A stretch of DNA of 62,976 bases, filler included, from Craspedostauros australis (GCA_030167865.1; 14 parts of 14 records of this genome joined end to end with filler, not necessarily neighbours in it), one strand, 5' to 3'; shown: positions 12,178-25,494, counted from the whole stretch's first letter. Numbers and translations: made by a program. The notes: generated from the letters alone by a model not told the origin.

Positions 12178-12879
12178 TCACGGATGTAGGAAACCGGTCC
12201 AAAGGTCTTCCTCTTGCTTTCCGAGATGGACGAGTCGCTTCCCGCCATCACTTTTTCCATCGTCATCTGCTTTGCCATCATCCCGATTGCTTTCATCCTG
12301 ATTGCTTTCATCAGCCCGTTCATCATCTTTATCTTTGCCATCATCGTCTTCGACATCGATTCGAATGGGATCGAAAGGATTCGAAGGATCACGAAAGATA
12401 CCGTCATCAGAGTCATCGTCGTCAGATGCAGCCTCCGGTTCATTCTTTTTCCATCGGACTCCCTTCCGAATGGGTTGGAACCCATCGTCATCGGCTGCGT
12501 TCGTCCCTTCCGGCTCCTTGGTCTCCAGAATGCGGACGTTGTCTCCAGCTGCCGTCCAGCCTTGATGTTCCCCAAATGTCTTGTCGATCCAGGTCACATC
12601 TCTCGTGTGAACGATCGCATTGGTATCAGGATTGAACATCCTGAATACTCCCGATGCGTGCCTTGTGCTGTATCCCACAAAGACCATTGGCTTACCGCGG
12701 TTCCGCAACTTCGCCGTGATCTTGCCGTGAAGTGACTTCACTATGCCAACCTCTCCGAACGTCCTCAAATGCTCGAGAAACTTTGGTGGAGAACCGAAGA
12801 ACGCCTCGTGGGGAGACTTCCGATTGAGCTTAGTGACCAGGATGTTGGACAAGAGCGTGGCTGTCTCCGCTGCCTCAGC
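12178..12879 (-). mobile_element. Copia integrase C-terminus/SH3 region fragment
   Basis: SPHEAFFG..LRTFGE, KLRNRGKPMVFVGYS, FRMFNP..HTRDVTW. Confidence 0.9.
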
Positions 12880-13078
12880 NNNNNNNNNNNNNNNNNNNNN
12901 NNNNNNNNNNNNNNNNNNNNNNNTTAATTAATTAANNNNNNNNNNNNNNNNNNNNNNNNNNNNNNNNNNNNNNNNNNNNGATGCAACTGTAATGGCATAG
13001 ACTCACCTCAATCGCGCCAATCGTGCATGACACTGACGATGCCCTCCAGAAGGTGCATGTCGATGGAGAGGAATTTGC

Positions 13079-13420
13079 ATAGGTATGGATTTGGTGGGAT
13101 AGAAATAGCACCAGACGGAATTGCGAAATAAAAATTGGACGACTACAAAGTAAACAATGAGGCGGAGGGGACGAGAGTGGTTCGTCCCTCCAGACGTCGA
13201 AACTGATAGAATGCGTGATGGAAACGTTCAGGTGAGGGCGCAAAAATTCTATTGCGAGGAATAACACGGGATCCCCGACATAGGTATGCTTTTGTTGGCA
13301 TAGGAATAGCACCAGGCGGAATTGCGAAATGAAATTGGACGACTACAAAGTAGACGACAAAGCGAAGAAGACGACGCCAGTCCAGGCATGTGGCTGTCGA
13401 AACCGATGGAGTCCGTGAAC
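13079..13420. repeat. Diverged direct repeat, period ~200 bp
   Basis: ATAGCACCAG.CGGAATTGCGAAAT..AAATTGGACGACTACAAAGTA at ~13105 and ~13305. Confidence 0.75.
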
Positions 13421-15695
13421 GCAGCGGAAAGGGGAAGATGTTGCAACTTTATCGTGAGAAATAAGACGAGAGAAAACGAGAATCCGNNNNNNNNNNNNNN
13501 NNNNNNNNNNNNNNNNNNNNNNNNNNNNNNNNCATTGTATTGGTGGGTGGGTATGTCGGAAGCGTTGAAATCAAGGTATGGAGTTCATCCAACGGAGAGG
13601 ATCGTGCAAAGGATGAATGCAGTAATGTTTGCAATTGTGCTACCCACGCAACAACATCGTATACCACTATTGAAAAATTCAGTAGATTGATTTGGGAGAA
13701 AATCGGGGAACCAGAAATTGGACACAAAGGACCCAAGACAAACAAGGAGTTGGCACGGCACAACTCCAGGTTGTGGCTCTCACACTCCTGTTCAAGCCAG
13801 AGTGGGTATGATGGTGCTGTCGTACACTGTCTAGTGTATGAGCACACCTGTCTTTCAATGATAAGAATCTAATCAGTGGATTGCTAGAGTAGGCACAAAG
13901 GGGCACCTGCAGAATTGCCACAGAATGCTACGAGGAAACCATCGCCGCCGACACCAAGCGGCATGCCGAATGGAATAAGATTCTTGAATGATCGATCCCA
14001 AATGCTCTGCTCCAAGTACAACGCAATCTCCATGATGCTGGTAACATTGTCTGGTACAAATGGACTGACTCCAAGGCAAAAGTGCTGCCTTCTGCCCATG
14101 GGCTAATCAGTGACTTGCGCCATTCCCTTTCACAGTTGCGTGTAGCAATTTGTGGCTGCACGTACCGGCGTTTGCTCCACCCATCTGCACCATGTCCTGC
14201 GATGGCACCAATACGGCGACTATGGTTCGTCGCCAAGTGTGTCGATACGGTATCCTTGGGATGATCACAGCTCGCTCCATCCATCCATTCGTCNNNNNNN
14301 NNNNNNNNNNNNNNNNNNNNNNNNNNNNNNNNNNNNNNNNNNNNNNNNNNNNNNNNNNNNNNNNNNNNNNNNNNNNNNNNNNNNNNNTCTGGAGTGTGCG
14401 CGATTTGTCGCTCGGCTTGTGAATCAGGATGCGCAGTTCTCTTGCAAATGGACACCAGTTCTCGGCGCAGAGCAGTGGCTCACATTTTGCTCGCACGCGG
14501 ACACAAGTCAATCGCGGCGAGAGGACGAGTACACGCCATCAATTCGAAAATGTTTGTGCTTGCGAGGAAATCGGAACAAGCTCTCAGCCTCATCCACACT
14601 ACCTCNNNNNNNNNNNNNNNNNNNNNNNNNNNNNNNNNNNNNNNNNNNNTTAATTAATTAANNNNNNNNNNNNNNNNNNNNNNNNNNNNNNNNNNNNNNN
14701 NNNNNTGAGGCGGATGTTCCTGTCGATCACCTCTGTTGAGCATCGATGCTCTGGAAGTCACGAGCCAAGACGGCGGCACTCATGCCTATGGATAGAATGC
14801 GCATGGTGTTGTGTGTTGGTGGTCCGTGTGGCAGGAACAGTGGAGGCGGCACAGTATCACTCTGCTTGTTGATTGCTGAACGTGTCAACTCATCCCAATA
14901 CGCAATGTGGTGTTGGTTTGATGTTGAGGACTCTTGTTGCCTGTGCGGATGGTGATTGTTGCAATGCGGTGGGATGGCAACCAGCCAAATCCAAATGAGA
15001 TGGGTTGCAACCAACGAAGGCAATCACATTGGTGGCTTCATCGGCGGCTTCATGGTTGTTCGAGGCATTGGCTCACACCTCAAGTTGATGCTTGCGATGG
15101 CAGGCGGACGAGGGTCAGTGGTCTTGCAGATGCCACGATGACGCAAGCAAGCGTGGGCCATGGTGCACATGGTGGTGGCGGCGGTGGTGGCGACGATGAC
15201 AGCTCTCTCTGTTTCCGAAGACTTTGACGTTGTTTGCTTCGGATTGGTGTTGCGTTGATTGTGGCCAAACGAGAACTCTGTTGTGGTGCTTCTTTCTTGT
15301 TGTTGGTCGCACGCATTTTCGTGATGGATGGGAACAGAAAGATCCAATCCGCGCGAACCAGACGCGTTTGATCAAGAGGAGACAAACACAGGCAAACAGA
15401 AGGAGGAGACCATGCGAACAAGACAACAACACACACACACCACTCAACACCATACTCAACCGCGTGAACAACAGACATCGAATTGCCACTCATATTCATC
15501 ACACAGCGTATGGTACTCATACTCATACTCATACTAATACTAATACAAGCTGTTGCATACACAAACATCGATATCTCTCCCACAGGCAGCTCCGACCACA
15601 GACATCCTCGACAGCCAATCCAACGTAAATCGTCCAACGTCCAACGTCCAACGTCTATCGTCCAGCAACCATCGACCATCCACCACACTATCAAA

Positions 15696-17496
15696 ATGCC
15701 GAGTGTTACGAACACACAACTCATTGATGCTTCCTTCAGAGGTGACTTGGCAGTGTTGAAGAAGTGGAAGAAGCAGAACAAGACACATCATGAAGGAGAT
15801 GGTGTCAACTGCAAAGACATCCACGATTTCACTCCCCTTCAATGGGCATGCTACAACGGCCAGCTGGAGTGTGTCAAGTACCTCATCAAATCATGTGAGG
15901 CGGACATCAACAGCAAAAACAACGATGGTTCCACTCCCCTTCATCACGCATGCTACAACGGCCACCTGGAGTGTGCCAAGTACCTCATCGAATCATGTGA
16001 GGCGGACATCAACTGCAAAGACAACAATGGTGACACTCCCCTTCATCTGGCATGCTACAACGGCCACCTGGAGTGTGCCAAGTACCTCATCGAATCATGT
16101 GAGGCGGACATCAACTGCAAAAACAACGATGGTGACACTCCCCTTCATCTGGCATGCTCCAAAGGCCACCTGGAGTGTGTTGCGTACCTCGTTGCATCAG
16201 CCAATGCCGATACCGACATTCAAAACAAAGACAACAAAACGCCCCTCGATATGATCGATGCAACACTTCAAATCAAGATAAACCGTCTCACACATCTGAG
16301 TCGCTGCAACCCACAACTGCAGCAGCAGTTGAAAGAGAATGAGCAGGAGAATGAACAACTGAAACAGCAGTTGAAATGGAAGGAGGAAGAGAAGACACAG
16401 AAGGAGGAAGAGAATGAACAACTGAAACAGCAGTTGGAACGAGAGGAGGAAGAGAAGAAGCAGAAGGAGCAAGAGAATGAACAACTGAAACGGCAGTTGG
16501 AACGGAAGGAGCAAGAGAATGAACAACTGAAACAGCAGTTGGGACGAGAGGAGGAAGAGAAGACACAGAAGGAGCAGGAGAACGAACAACTGAAACAGCA
16601 GTTGGAACAACAGTTGGAACAGCAGAAGGAAGAAATGCAACACATGCTCTCGAAAAGTCAACAGGAGAAAGAACAGCTGAAACAGCAGCTGAAACAACAT
16701 CTCAAGATCAGCATCGACCAAGATCGTCTCGTCGCTATTCGTGCTGAGGCCATCGCAGACATTACCTTCCTGTGTGGACAAGGGGACGAACAACAAGCAA
16801 TCAAGGCAAACTCCGGAGTCCTCAGGGTCACTGTCCCATCCATTCAGACACTGATCAACAAAGGAATCCAACATCAGCACGCGAATGATGACACCGAAGA
16901 CGGCGCGGTCCCCATCGAAACAACTATCCCTCTCCCCAACCTTCAACCAAAACACGTCCGATATGTCCTCCAATGCATCTACTCAGGCGAGATATCCTTC
17001 AATGACAGCGCTCATAATGACAACGCTGCTGCTCACGTCAGCGCTCACATCGGCGCTCACTCCAACTCACACCACGATACAAATGCCTCTCACCAGCCAA
17101 CTCCCACCCTCAATGGACAGGACGATCTGCAACAGCTCATCCTTGTGGCCAACGAGTTCGGCTTCTGGCGACTCAAGCTTGCTCTTGAAGCAGAGTTGGC
17201 CCGCAAGCATCTCACAGAGGACACCATGATAGATGTGTTGATATTCGCCGATCAACACAACTGCGTGGTGTTGAAGGATACCGCAATGAGGATGGCAGCT
17301 GAAAATGAGAACAAATTGTTCACTCATCCAGATTCTAAGCAGCTATTTCATCACCCTCACCTAATGGGAGTCATTCATGACCTCTGCCATGGTAGAATGG
17401 AGAGTGACGGACTTGATGATGAGTACAGTGGCATGTCCATGATGGAGCTGTACAAGGTCATAGATGAGGACAAGGGTACAGAACAAGTGGATTCAT
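15696..17496 (+). CDS. Ankyrin (4 repeats) / coiled-coil / BTB-POZ(+BACK-like) protein, 3' truncated
   Basis: TPLHxACYNGHLEC repeats, ENEQLKQQL heptads, ADITFLCG..YVLQCIYSG..LVANEFGFWRLKLALE. Start chosen by homology with the 28230 paralogue. Confidence 0.9.
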
Positions 17497-17596
17497 NNNN
17501 NNNNNNNNNNNNNNNNNNNNNNNNNNNNNNNNNNNNNNNNTTAATTAATTAANNNNNNNNNNNNNNNNNNNNNNNNNNNNNNNNNNNNNNNNNNNN

Positions 17597-20156
17597 GCCG
17601 ACCTCCCAGCCCACTCGCCTGCCAACATCCAAACCATCAGCTGCCCCAGTGGTCTTCGATTCCACCATCGAGGTCATTTGCAAGCCCGATGGTGCCACCA
17701 CCCTCACAACAGAAGAGAGAAGCGCCAAGACCATCATCTGCAACTCTGCCAAGCCATCCTGCCGCGAGGCCGTGACCGCCGTGAAGGAATCCAAGCAACT
17801 GCAGAACTTCTTTGGATGTGCAGGAGACCTCAGTGAAGGAGCCGCACGCAAGCTCTTCCAAAAGTACTCGTCAAACGACGTGCTCTCCGGCCAATTGTCC
17901 CTGATCGCTGCCACCAACGCGATCCTTGTCACCGAACGACCAGACGCAGTGAAGGCAGCATGCGCGGCCATCGCTGCGATGCAATCGCCTCGTGTCGCCA
18001 CCCCATGCTGTCAAGGATCCTCGGGATGCACTTCAGTCACCGGTTCCGCCTCCAACTCTCCTCCATTCATGACCGTTGCGATCACGGCATGTACTGGTGA
18101 CAGCGCATGCAAGGATATGGGCCCCAATCCCCTCATCCTCGATTCCTCCTGCACTGGAGATAGCGCATGCGAGTTGATGAATGAGAATGAGATCAATCCC
18201 TTCATCACAGGAGTCACCTTCGTTGGTGAGATGGCATGCACCACCTCTCAATCTTGTGAGGGAGTGGGACGCCGCTCTCATGGTGATGTCACCATCCAGA
18301 CTGGTGCATGCATTGGGTCAGAGGCATGCAATGCAGCTGGCCGTCGTGTGGAGCAATCAGCACCATCCTTTCGCTTCCGAAGCCACATCCACATCGGGGC
18401 GAATGCGTGCATTGGCAGCAATGCCTGCAAGGATGCCCATTCCACTGTCAACCATGGTACTGCTGGCAAGTATGCAGGCAGCTTGACCATTGGTGCTGGT
18501 GGCTGTGCCGCCGATGGCTCATGCGAGAAGATGGGCTTCCATGACAGGATGAGAACCGACCTCGTCGTCCCTCCTGGTGGATGTGGCAGTATCGAAGGAT
18601 GCAGAGGATGCATGACGAAGACGGAGTGCAACTCCGACGAGGTTTACATCATCAGCGATATCGATGGGGCCTGTCCAAAGGGAGGCAGTGACAGTAACAT
18701 GAATCCCACTGGTGATAAAGTGGAGGAGTACTGTATTGGCAAGGACACCTTGCCCACAGACTGTCCGACTTTCTCTCCAACTCCTTTCCCAACACCTGTC
18801 ACGTCTAGTCCAACTAGCGCCCCAACCAATTCGCCATCCCAGACGCCGTCATATCTACCGTCAGGCACTCCATCACGAGTCCCATCCGAGATGCCATCCG
18901 CACAGCCCTCCCAACAGCCGTCCGCGCTCCCATCCACCCAACCATCTGACATGCCATCATCAAGCTCACAGCCTTCGCAAGAGCCGTCCGCACAGCCTTC
19001 CACACTCCCATCCACCCAACCATCTGGCATGCCGTCAGTATCTGGCATGCCGTCAGTTGCCCCAAGCTCACAGCCTTCGCAAGAGCCTACAAGAACAAGC
19101 AGCCCAACTCTCACCCCGGCATCCTTCACTGTTGGATGTCTTGAGACACCGGGTGATGACACATCAACGTTCAATTCCATCCCTGGTGACGTATGGTGCG
19201 ATGGTGCAACAGGCACGTGCGCACACTTCGTCTCCATGGTTGATGCTCTGGATGAGGGTAAGCACAACATGATCAAGAGCATCTTTGCATGCAATGATGC
19301 AGACCCTCCACAGCCCGTGGCGTTGGAGGTGGCACAGGAACGCTTTGACAAGATAAAAAACGACGAAAGTGTGACCAACGCATTGTTGGCGATTGTGGAC
19401 GAGGACAAGAAGCTCTTCACTGGTAGCGCGCCTGTGGTGACGGATGCGTGCGGGACCGACTGCTGCACGGGTGAGGATGCTTGCACCGTTGACCCTGGTG
19501 ATGGTGGTGTCATAACCGTGAGCTCAGGGTCTTGTGCCGCACTTCGCGCATGCAAATCCATGCGTCCCAACGCAATCATACTTGATAGTTGCAAGGGAGC
19601 CGCTTCTTGCATTGGGGTGGGCGCTTTCTCCGGAGATCAGCCAGCTGCTGGCGCCGAAGTCGGATTCAGGGTGATCGGACCAAGAGCTTGTGTTGCAAGC
19701 GTGAGCTGCAACTTTATTGGAACAAATATCTTTGGCAATGTACGAGTGGAAGAAGGAGCATGCAATACAATGAATGCATGCAGTTACATTGCCTATCGCA
19801 GCAACCAAGGGTCTACAACCACGGATCCGATCGTGGCAAGTGTCTTCATCGGAAAGAATGCGTGCCAAGGGGATCTCCCTTGCATTTCCTTGCATGGCGA
19901 GAAATCGACCAAATCTGCAGGAGATGTAATCATCGAAGCCGGTGCGTGCTGGGGCCAGAACGCGTGCAATAGTCTTGGCCACAGTGACAGTGCAACCAAT
20001 GACATCATCATCAGAGCAGGAGTCTGCACGACAGACGCCGCCTGCAAAAGTTGCGCCAAAGCAAAATTGTGTACGTCAGACACAGCAACGTACGTAATCG
20101 ACCACGCAGACTCGGATTGCCCTGGACCATACCCATCTGCCTGTCAAGAACTCTAA
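17597..20156 (+). CDS. Cys-rich extracellular protein: two (S/A)CxGxx(A/S)C repeat domains separated by a Pro/Ser/Thr mucin-like linker; 5' truncated
   Basis: >835-aa ORF; repeats such as ACTGDSAC, ACIGSEAC, ACWGQNAC; PSxxPS stalk at 18770-19120. Confidence 0.85.
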
Positions 20157-21469
20157 CCATCACATACGCAGCCACACATACTAGTATGCTCTAGTTCGAA
20201 CTCTACCGCCATTTTCCTGGTGTGTGCGGGCAAAGCAGAGCACTCGGTGACGATGACGTAGCCTCTAGCTCCGCTTGTGTCTTCTGCACTATCTCAGTGA
20301 CTAATCGAGTGAAGGATACTGTGTTGGTGCCAGATGTATCTTTGTCGTTGTTGTTGCTGTCACTGTTGCTGGTGTTGATTTCCACGGAATGGCAAACAAC
20401 AGTCCTTGCCATCATCAAGCATCACACTCCCATCACCATCATCAACAACACCCAAATTGGAGTCAATCACAGGAAAAAGTGACCTGGCCAGCACAGCAAC
20501 ATCAACAAAGATCATGACACTCGTGACGGTGGTTCCAGAAACGGTGGTATTGGAGGCATCCGATACTCTATAGTGGCATACACACTGACATGTACAAAGA
20601 GCGTGAGAGACTGCATTGTCTGTCATGGTCCATTCCTTCAAAAATACATTCTCATGATGATGACAAGAGAAGATAGGCTGCAGGATTTATCCTGCAGCCA
20701 AAACGTTACGCCCAAGTCGGCGTCACATCACGGACCGGGTATCTAACCACATCAACCTCTTCCTCTCAATGTTGGGCCTCCAATGAACCCCTTAGACTTC
20801 TCTAAGGTCTTACATTTTACGAGCTATAGAGGGCTAAAAATCATGGATATTTTACAGATTAGGTGAGCAGCTCACAGAGTTCTCTTTGCTTGTGGGCGCT
20901 TCAATTTAGTCACAGTGAGTTGGCATTCCGCGCCTTTTGGATGTTGTTAGAAAAAGAATCAGTCCTTCAACCGGTTTGATGCTGTTTGATGTTGAGGACA
21001 AAGCTAATTGCAGATGATGCTGTAACTTAGTAGAGTTGAAGAGTACAGCTGTGAAGATGTTTCTGATTGCTTGTTTTATGGTGTTGAGATGGCTATTGAT
21101 AGGGCGGTCGAGTAAAAAGGTAGGGAGCATGCTGTCATGCCACAGAGCCGTTCTAGTCTGGCAGCGATGCGTTGTTGCTGGCCTGCAGATGGGATTGTCG
21201 GAGATGCCAGTTTGAAGAGCAGGGCTTGATCCGCGCATAGATATGCTTCAAGGCAGGCTCTGGTTCTGCAAGATGGTGCGTCAGACAGGTAGCAGGTGGT
21301 CATGAGCTGCGAGTTGAGCTGGATGTAGCTCACAGGTTCAACCGCACACCATGCACGTGGTAGGTACCCATCTCGGTATCGGGGTGGGTGTACCAGATAC
21401 GATGTATGCGACTTGATCAGTTGAGTCCTGTAACAGTCCCGGGTAGAGCCTGTCCCAACTGAGGGGAAG

Positions 21470-22259
21470 TGTTGGAAATCCGGGGTTATAGTAGAGTCTA
21501 ATGCTTATTAAACTGTACCGTTTTAGAACTGTGAGAACAACACTCTCATTTCTCAAATCGTCAACTCGTTTGCCCATGATGATGCTGATGGCCTCCTGTA
21601 GTTGCCCCTCATAATCATCATTACAATCTCTCTCCGTCATGTCCATTTCATTGCTCATGACAAGTGCATTTCATCATGCTCAGACTGTTGAGAGATCAGT
21701 CTACACTCCTGAGGCGCATGCATGCCGATGCTCGATTCACTCTCTTCTCATCAGACATCCATCACTCATTCAGTGCACTCTTCCGTGTTGTTCACTCACT
21801 CTTCTCACATGTTCACCAACAATCACACTTGCTCAGAGCATGGAGTTCTGGCACGATCAGTCCAGTCCTTCGATGCTGTTCCAGTCCGCGCTTTGTTCTC
21901 CTTCGCTGGTTCTCTGTCAGTCACGTAATCATGTTCTGGGTTCCGAGCGACTCAACAGTGATAGCGTTTTCGCATAGATGTTTCAGGTTAACCGGTCAAC
22001 CCTCATGCTTGGAACACTTCGGTGTTCCGGTCTCCCTTTCACATCCATCGTTCGCCATACCAGTTCGTCAATCCACTCAAACCATGTCTCACGATTAGTC
22101 TGTCCGTCGTCCGTCATAATCCTGACACACAGAGGAGGAGGTCCACAATAGACTTGGGAGCGTGTCCGACTTTGATAGATCGGTCAGTCTAATTTTGGTA
22201 TTATGGGAGGTGCGGCAATCTAGGATAATACGACATAGTCGCACCCGCGATTCCTGACA
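21470..22259 (-). mobile_element. Solo LTR, family C (790 bp), with 6-bp TSD GGGAAG
   Basis: TG..CA ends; GGGAAG at 21464-21469 and 22260-22265; partial copies at 57017-57402 and ~11995-12087. Strand by analogy with families A and B. Confidence 0.9.
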
Positions 22260-22463
22260 GGGAAGAAACACAGCAACAGTCGCCAACACCCACCAACAAA
22301 GAATCAAAGCCACCAGAGACGACTTCGGCACAGAGTGATCATCACCATTCCGAACATCCACCCCTGCTTGGCATTGGCAACTTGCGAGCAGACCATACTA
22401 CTACATCGCACGAGAGTGAAGCAGCTGCGAGAGCATCCACAACTACAACTGCATTTCTAACAG

Positions 22464-24270
22464 GAGCATTCCAATCGTCATCATGTCATTCCCATCGTCA
22501 TCAACATCAACAACAACATCAACATCATCGTCGTTGTGAATAACGAGAAGAACAGCTGCAGCGTAGAGTCGTGTGGGATTGGGACAGCTGCATCGACGAG
22601 TACTTACTTCGAGACCATCATGCAACGATGTTCGCGATCCATCAATGTGGTGGAAGGTGAGATGTTCTCGACTGTGTGCTGGGGCACGATACAGCAGCTG
22701 GTCAGAGCACCTCGGTGCACGGTGCGGTTGGATTCGCAGTATGTTTGCGACGGCTCGCCTGATGCGAACGAAGCAACGCAGCGGGCACTGCCGACGCCCA
22801 AGTATTTGGCGCAGCAAGTCATCCAGCATCACTTCACACTGGATACGCTCAACATCATGATCATTGGTGCGGGACCGGTGGGGCTGCATCTGGCCAACGT
22901 CCTCAACCACGTCAAGGAGAATCAATCGATCCGCATCCTCATGTTCGAAAAACGGGTGGAGCGTCTGGGTCGCAATGAATCCTATTCCAGAGATTGGATC
23001 ACCGAGATCGGCTTCAGCACTTGTACGCAGGGAGATCCGCGCGTCGTCAACTACCTCGACGAGGTCGTGATGCGGAAAGCGACCACGAATACGACCGTTC
23101 ATGCTGAGAATCAGAGCACCAACAATGCTGCTAGCAAGGATGCCGCCAAGAAGGAACGCCTTGTCAACTTGCCACCCATGGTCATCGAAACGCTCCTGCT
23201 GCTCTCCAACCGCGATCTCAGCGTCAAGTTCCTCTTTGACGATATTCGAACACGCTGGCATCTGCTTCAGGATGTGCCGAACCTCATCGTCTTTGATGCC
23301 TCCGGTCATCGCATGGACACGTTTCAGCGGACTGGCACGAAGGTGGACACCGACAACCGTTCCTTTCTGGGGCGCATCCTGTACACCACGGATTCGCAAC
23401 GGTCCATCGACGTCACTGAATGGTCGCCAGACTTCACGTTCAACACCGCCACGACACCATACAAGTGGCAGTACATAGATAATACGGACTACCCGGTGCT
23501 GAAGGACCTCAACTTCTTGCCGCGGATTGTAACAGAAACAACAACGCAGAACACTGTGCTGTATCCGATCACACCAGACGGCGATGCATTCAAATTGTGC
23601 ATGCTGAAGCTCAACGACGTCCGATTCGCCAAGCAGGCGACAGGGATCTACAGCACCTGGAAGACTTACATGAAGAGCGTCATGCAATCGAGCCACCCGC
23701 TCTGCACCGAAGAAGCATGCGGCGAGGCCGACGGCTTCGATTGTGACACATACTGCAAACTGGCCTGGGGATGGGAGGCCTCCAAGCACTACCGGCGCGA
23801 CATTTACAACCGCATGAAGGTGGAATGGCCCTACTTCTCCACCATGTGCCATGTGCGCCGTGGTGTCATTGATACCAGATCAGTTTGACGTCTTCGATCA
23901 ATTCTTTCAGCTCGGCATGGCAACCGGCAGGCCCATCCAGAAATTGCCCATCGCGGCCTTTCAGCACAAGACGGTGTTCGAGGAGAACAATCTGATCCAA
24001 GCACTGCAGTACTTCCGCGCCCATTCCGGTTTCTCCTATCCCATTGCAAGCACGTTCTCGTACGCACCGTACATCTACAACGATGTCGTCGTTCCGTTGA
24101 CCGCAACGACCGATGCCAGGATACGCAACGCGCCGGTGCTGAGAATCGGTGATTCATTGTCGTCCAGCAACGCAAATCTTGGTAACGGGCTTAGTCAGCA
24201 TCTGCAAATCATTGAGAAGTTTACGGACAACTTGCAGTCGTTCCAGACACCACACCGGAGCATACAATAA
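22464..24270 (+). pseudogene. FAD-dependent monooxygenase-like gene frameshifted by a 7-bp duplication; 5' end uncertain
   Basis: IIGAGPVG..FEKR, VFDASG, and VLRIGDS..LGNGL in a second frame; CCATGTG duplicated at 23842-23855. Confidence 0.75.
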
Positions 24271-24699
24271 GAAGGTGGACATGTGTCCCTATTAGCACTG
24301 CTTCAGATCAACTCTTCGAAGCCGGGGCAGATGTTGGTGCATCCAATGAAAAATGTGGAATGCACTGTGAAGTTATTGTATATCTTGGGACGTGCGTTAT
24401 GTAACGCATTGCATGCTCTACGGGCAGATAATATCGCGTTGGAGGTATGTCTACAGACACTGTGTGTCGCATAGTCCAATTTCGCATGTTCGAGGCATCC
24501 TCATATGTAGTCGTATCTTCCGCAGTCCACCACACCACCGCTCTATTCCCAATTGGATGCTTCCAGTTGTCCATAGAAGGAGGTATGCTGGATGTGCAAC
24601 ACAGCAAGGAACACAGATGCGGGAGCATTGCGTATCCAGCCAGCATCACATGTCATTGCCATGATTCCCATGTTCCATTTCGTACAAACGCAGCAGCGA

Positions 24700-25394
24700 C
24701 TCACCCGTGGGAAACAGCTTGCTGTTGGAGGTGCGGCCATCAAACTTGGTCTTTGTGAAGGAACGCCACAAGTGGAGATGTGCACGTGGAAGGCAACGTA
24801 GTGTGTCCATTGCAGGCGGTCTGGGAAGTCGGATGGCATGATCATGAAGCCTTGGAACAGCATGGAGACACCAAACCACCCTGCCACGAGCGTCATGTTG
24901 AGAAGGTACCAGAAGAGTTAGTTGAACTTGAGCATTGCCATGATAATGAACGAGGCGAGGAATGCCAGCAACCCAGTGCCTGAGATCGAATCAAAACCTT
25001 GCATCATTTGGTAGACAATGGGATGGCAGTAGTCATTGAGCAGCTCCTTGTCGAAGATGCTGTGCACGATGACCACGAAGGGCAGCATGGCGACCCTCAT
25101 GAAGATGAAGAAATCCACACAGTAGAACAGCACTGCTGCACGCAAAAGGATACTCTCATGGTCATCGCGTTCACCGAGCTCCCAAAACAGCGCACTGACC
25201 AGCAATACCAGCATTGAGTGCATTGCATGACAACGCGTGCGAAGAGGATGCCTGGGTTGAGCCAGATGTGTTGGGCCAGACGTTGATGAAGTACCAGGAC
25301 GTCAATTCCATGATTGCCGCTAATCTGCGCAAACGGAGCAAGTCCTGCTGTTCCTCATGCATGAGCTATTGTTGGCTGTAGGTGCGCTGTACGA
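24700..25394 (-). pseudogene. Decayed ABCG transporter membrane domain
   Basis: ALFWELG, AAVLFYCVDFFIFM, DKELLNDYCHP, FQGFMIMPSDFP..LQWTHYVAFH, split by stops and frameshifts. Confidence 0.8.
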
Positions 25395-25494
25395 NNNNNN
25401 NNNNNNNNNNNNNNNNNNNNNNNNNNNNNNNNNNNNNNTTAATTAATTAANNNNNNNNNNNNNNNNNNNNNNNNNNNNNNNNNNNNNNNNNNNN

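Noticed and set aside
12980..14605. Short ORFs on this contig, and similarly at 1-1200, 25960-27300 and 61300-62976
   Set aside because: No recognisable domains or consistent coding signal
14706..15140. Rhomboid protease remnant (HIGGFIGG)
   Set aside because: Only one short motif in fragmented frames
15483..15695. N-terminal extension/signal peptide on the ANK-BTB ORF
   Set aside because: Non-ATG ORF start, and the paralogue starts at the equivalent of 15696
21461..21469. GAGGGGAAG as the polypurine tract of a full element
   Set aside because: Its last 6 nt recur on the other side of the LTR, so it is a TSD
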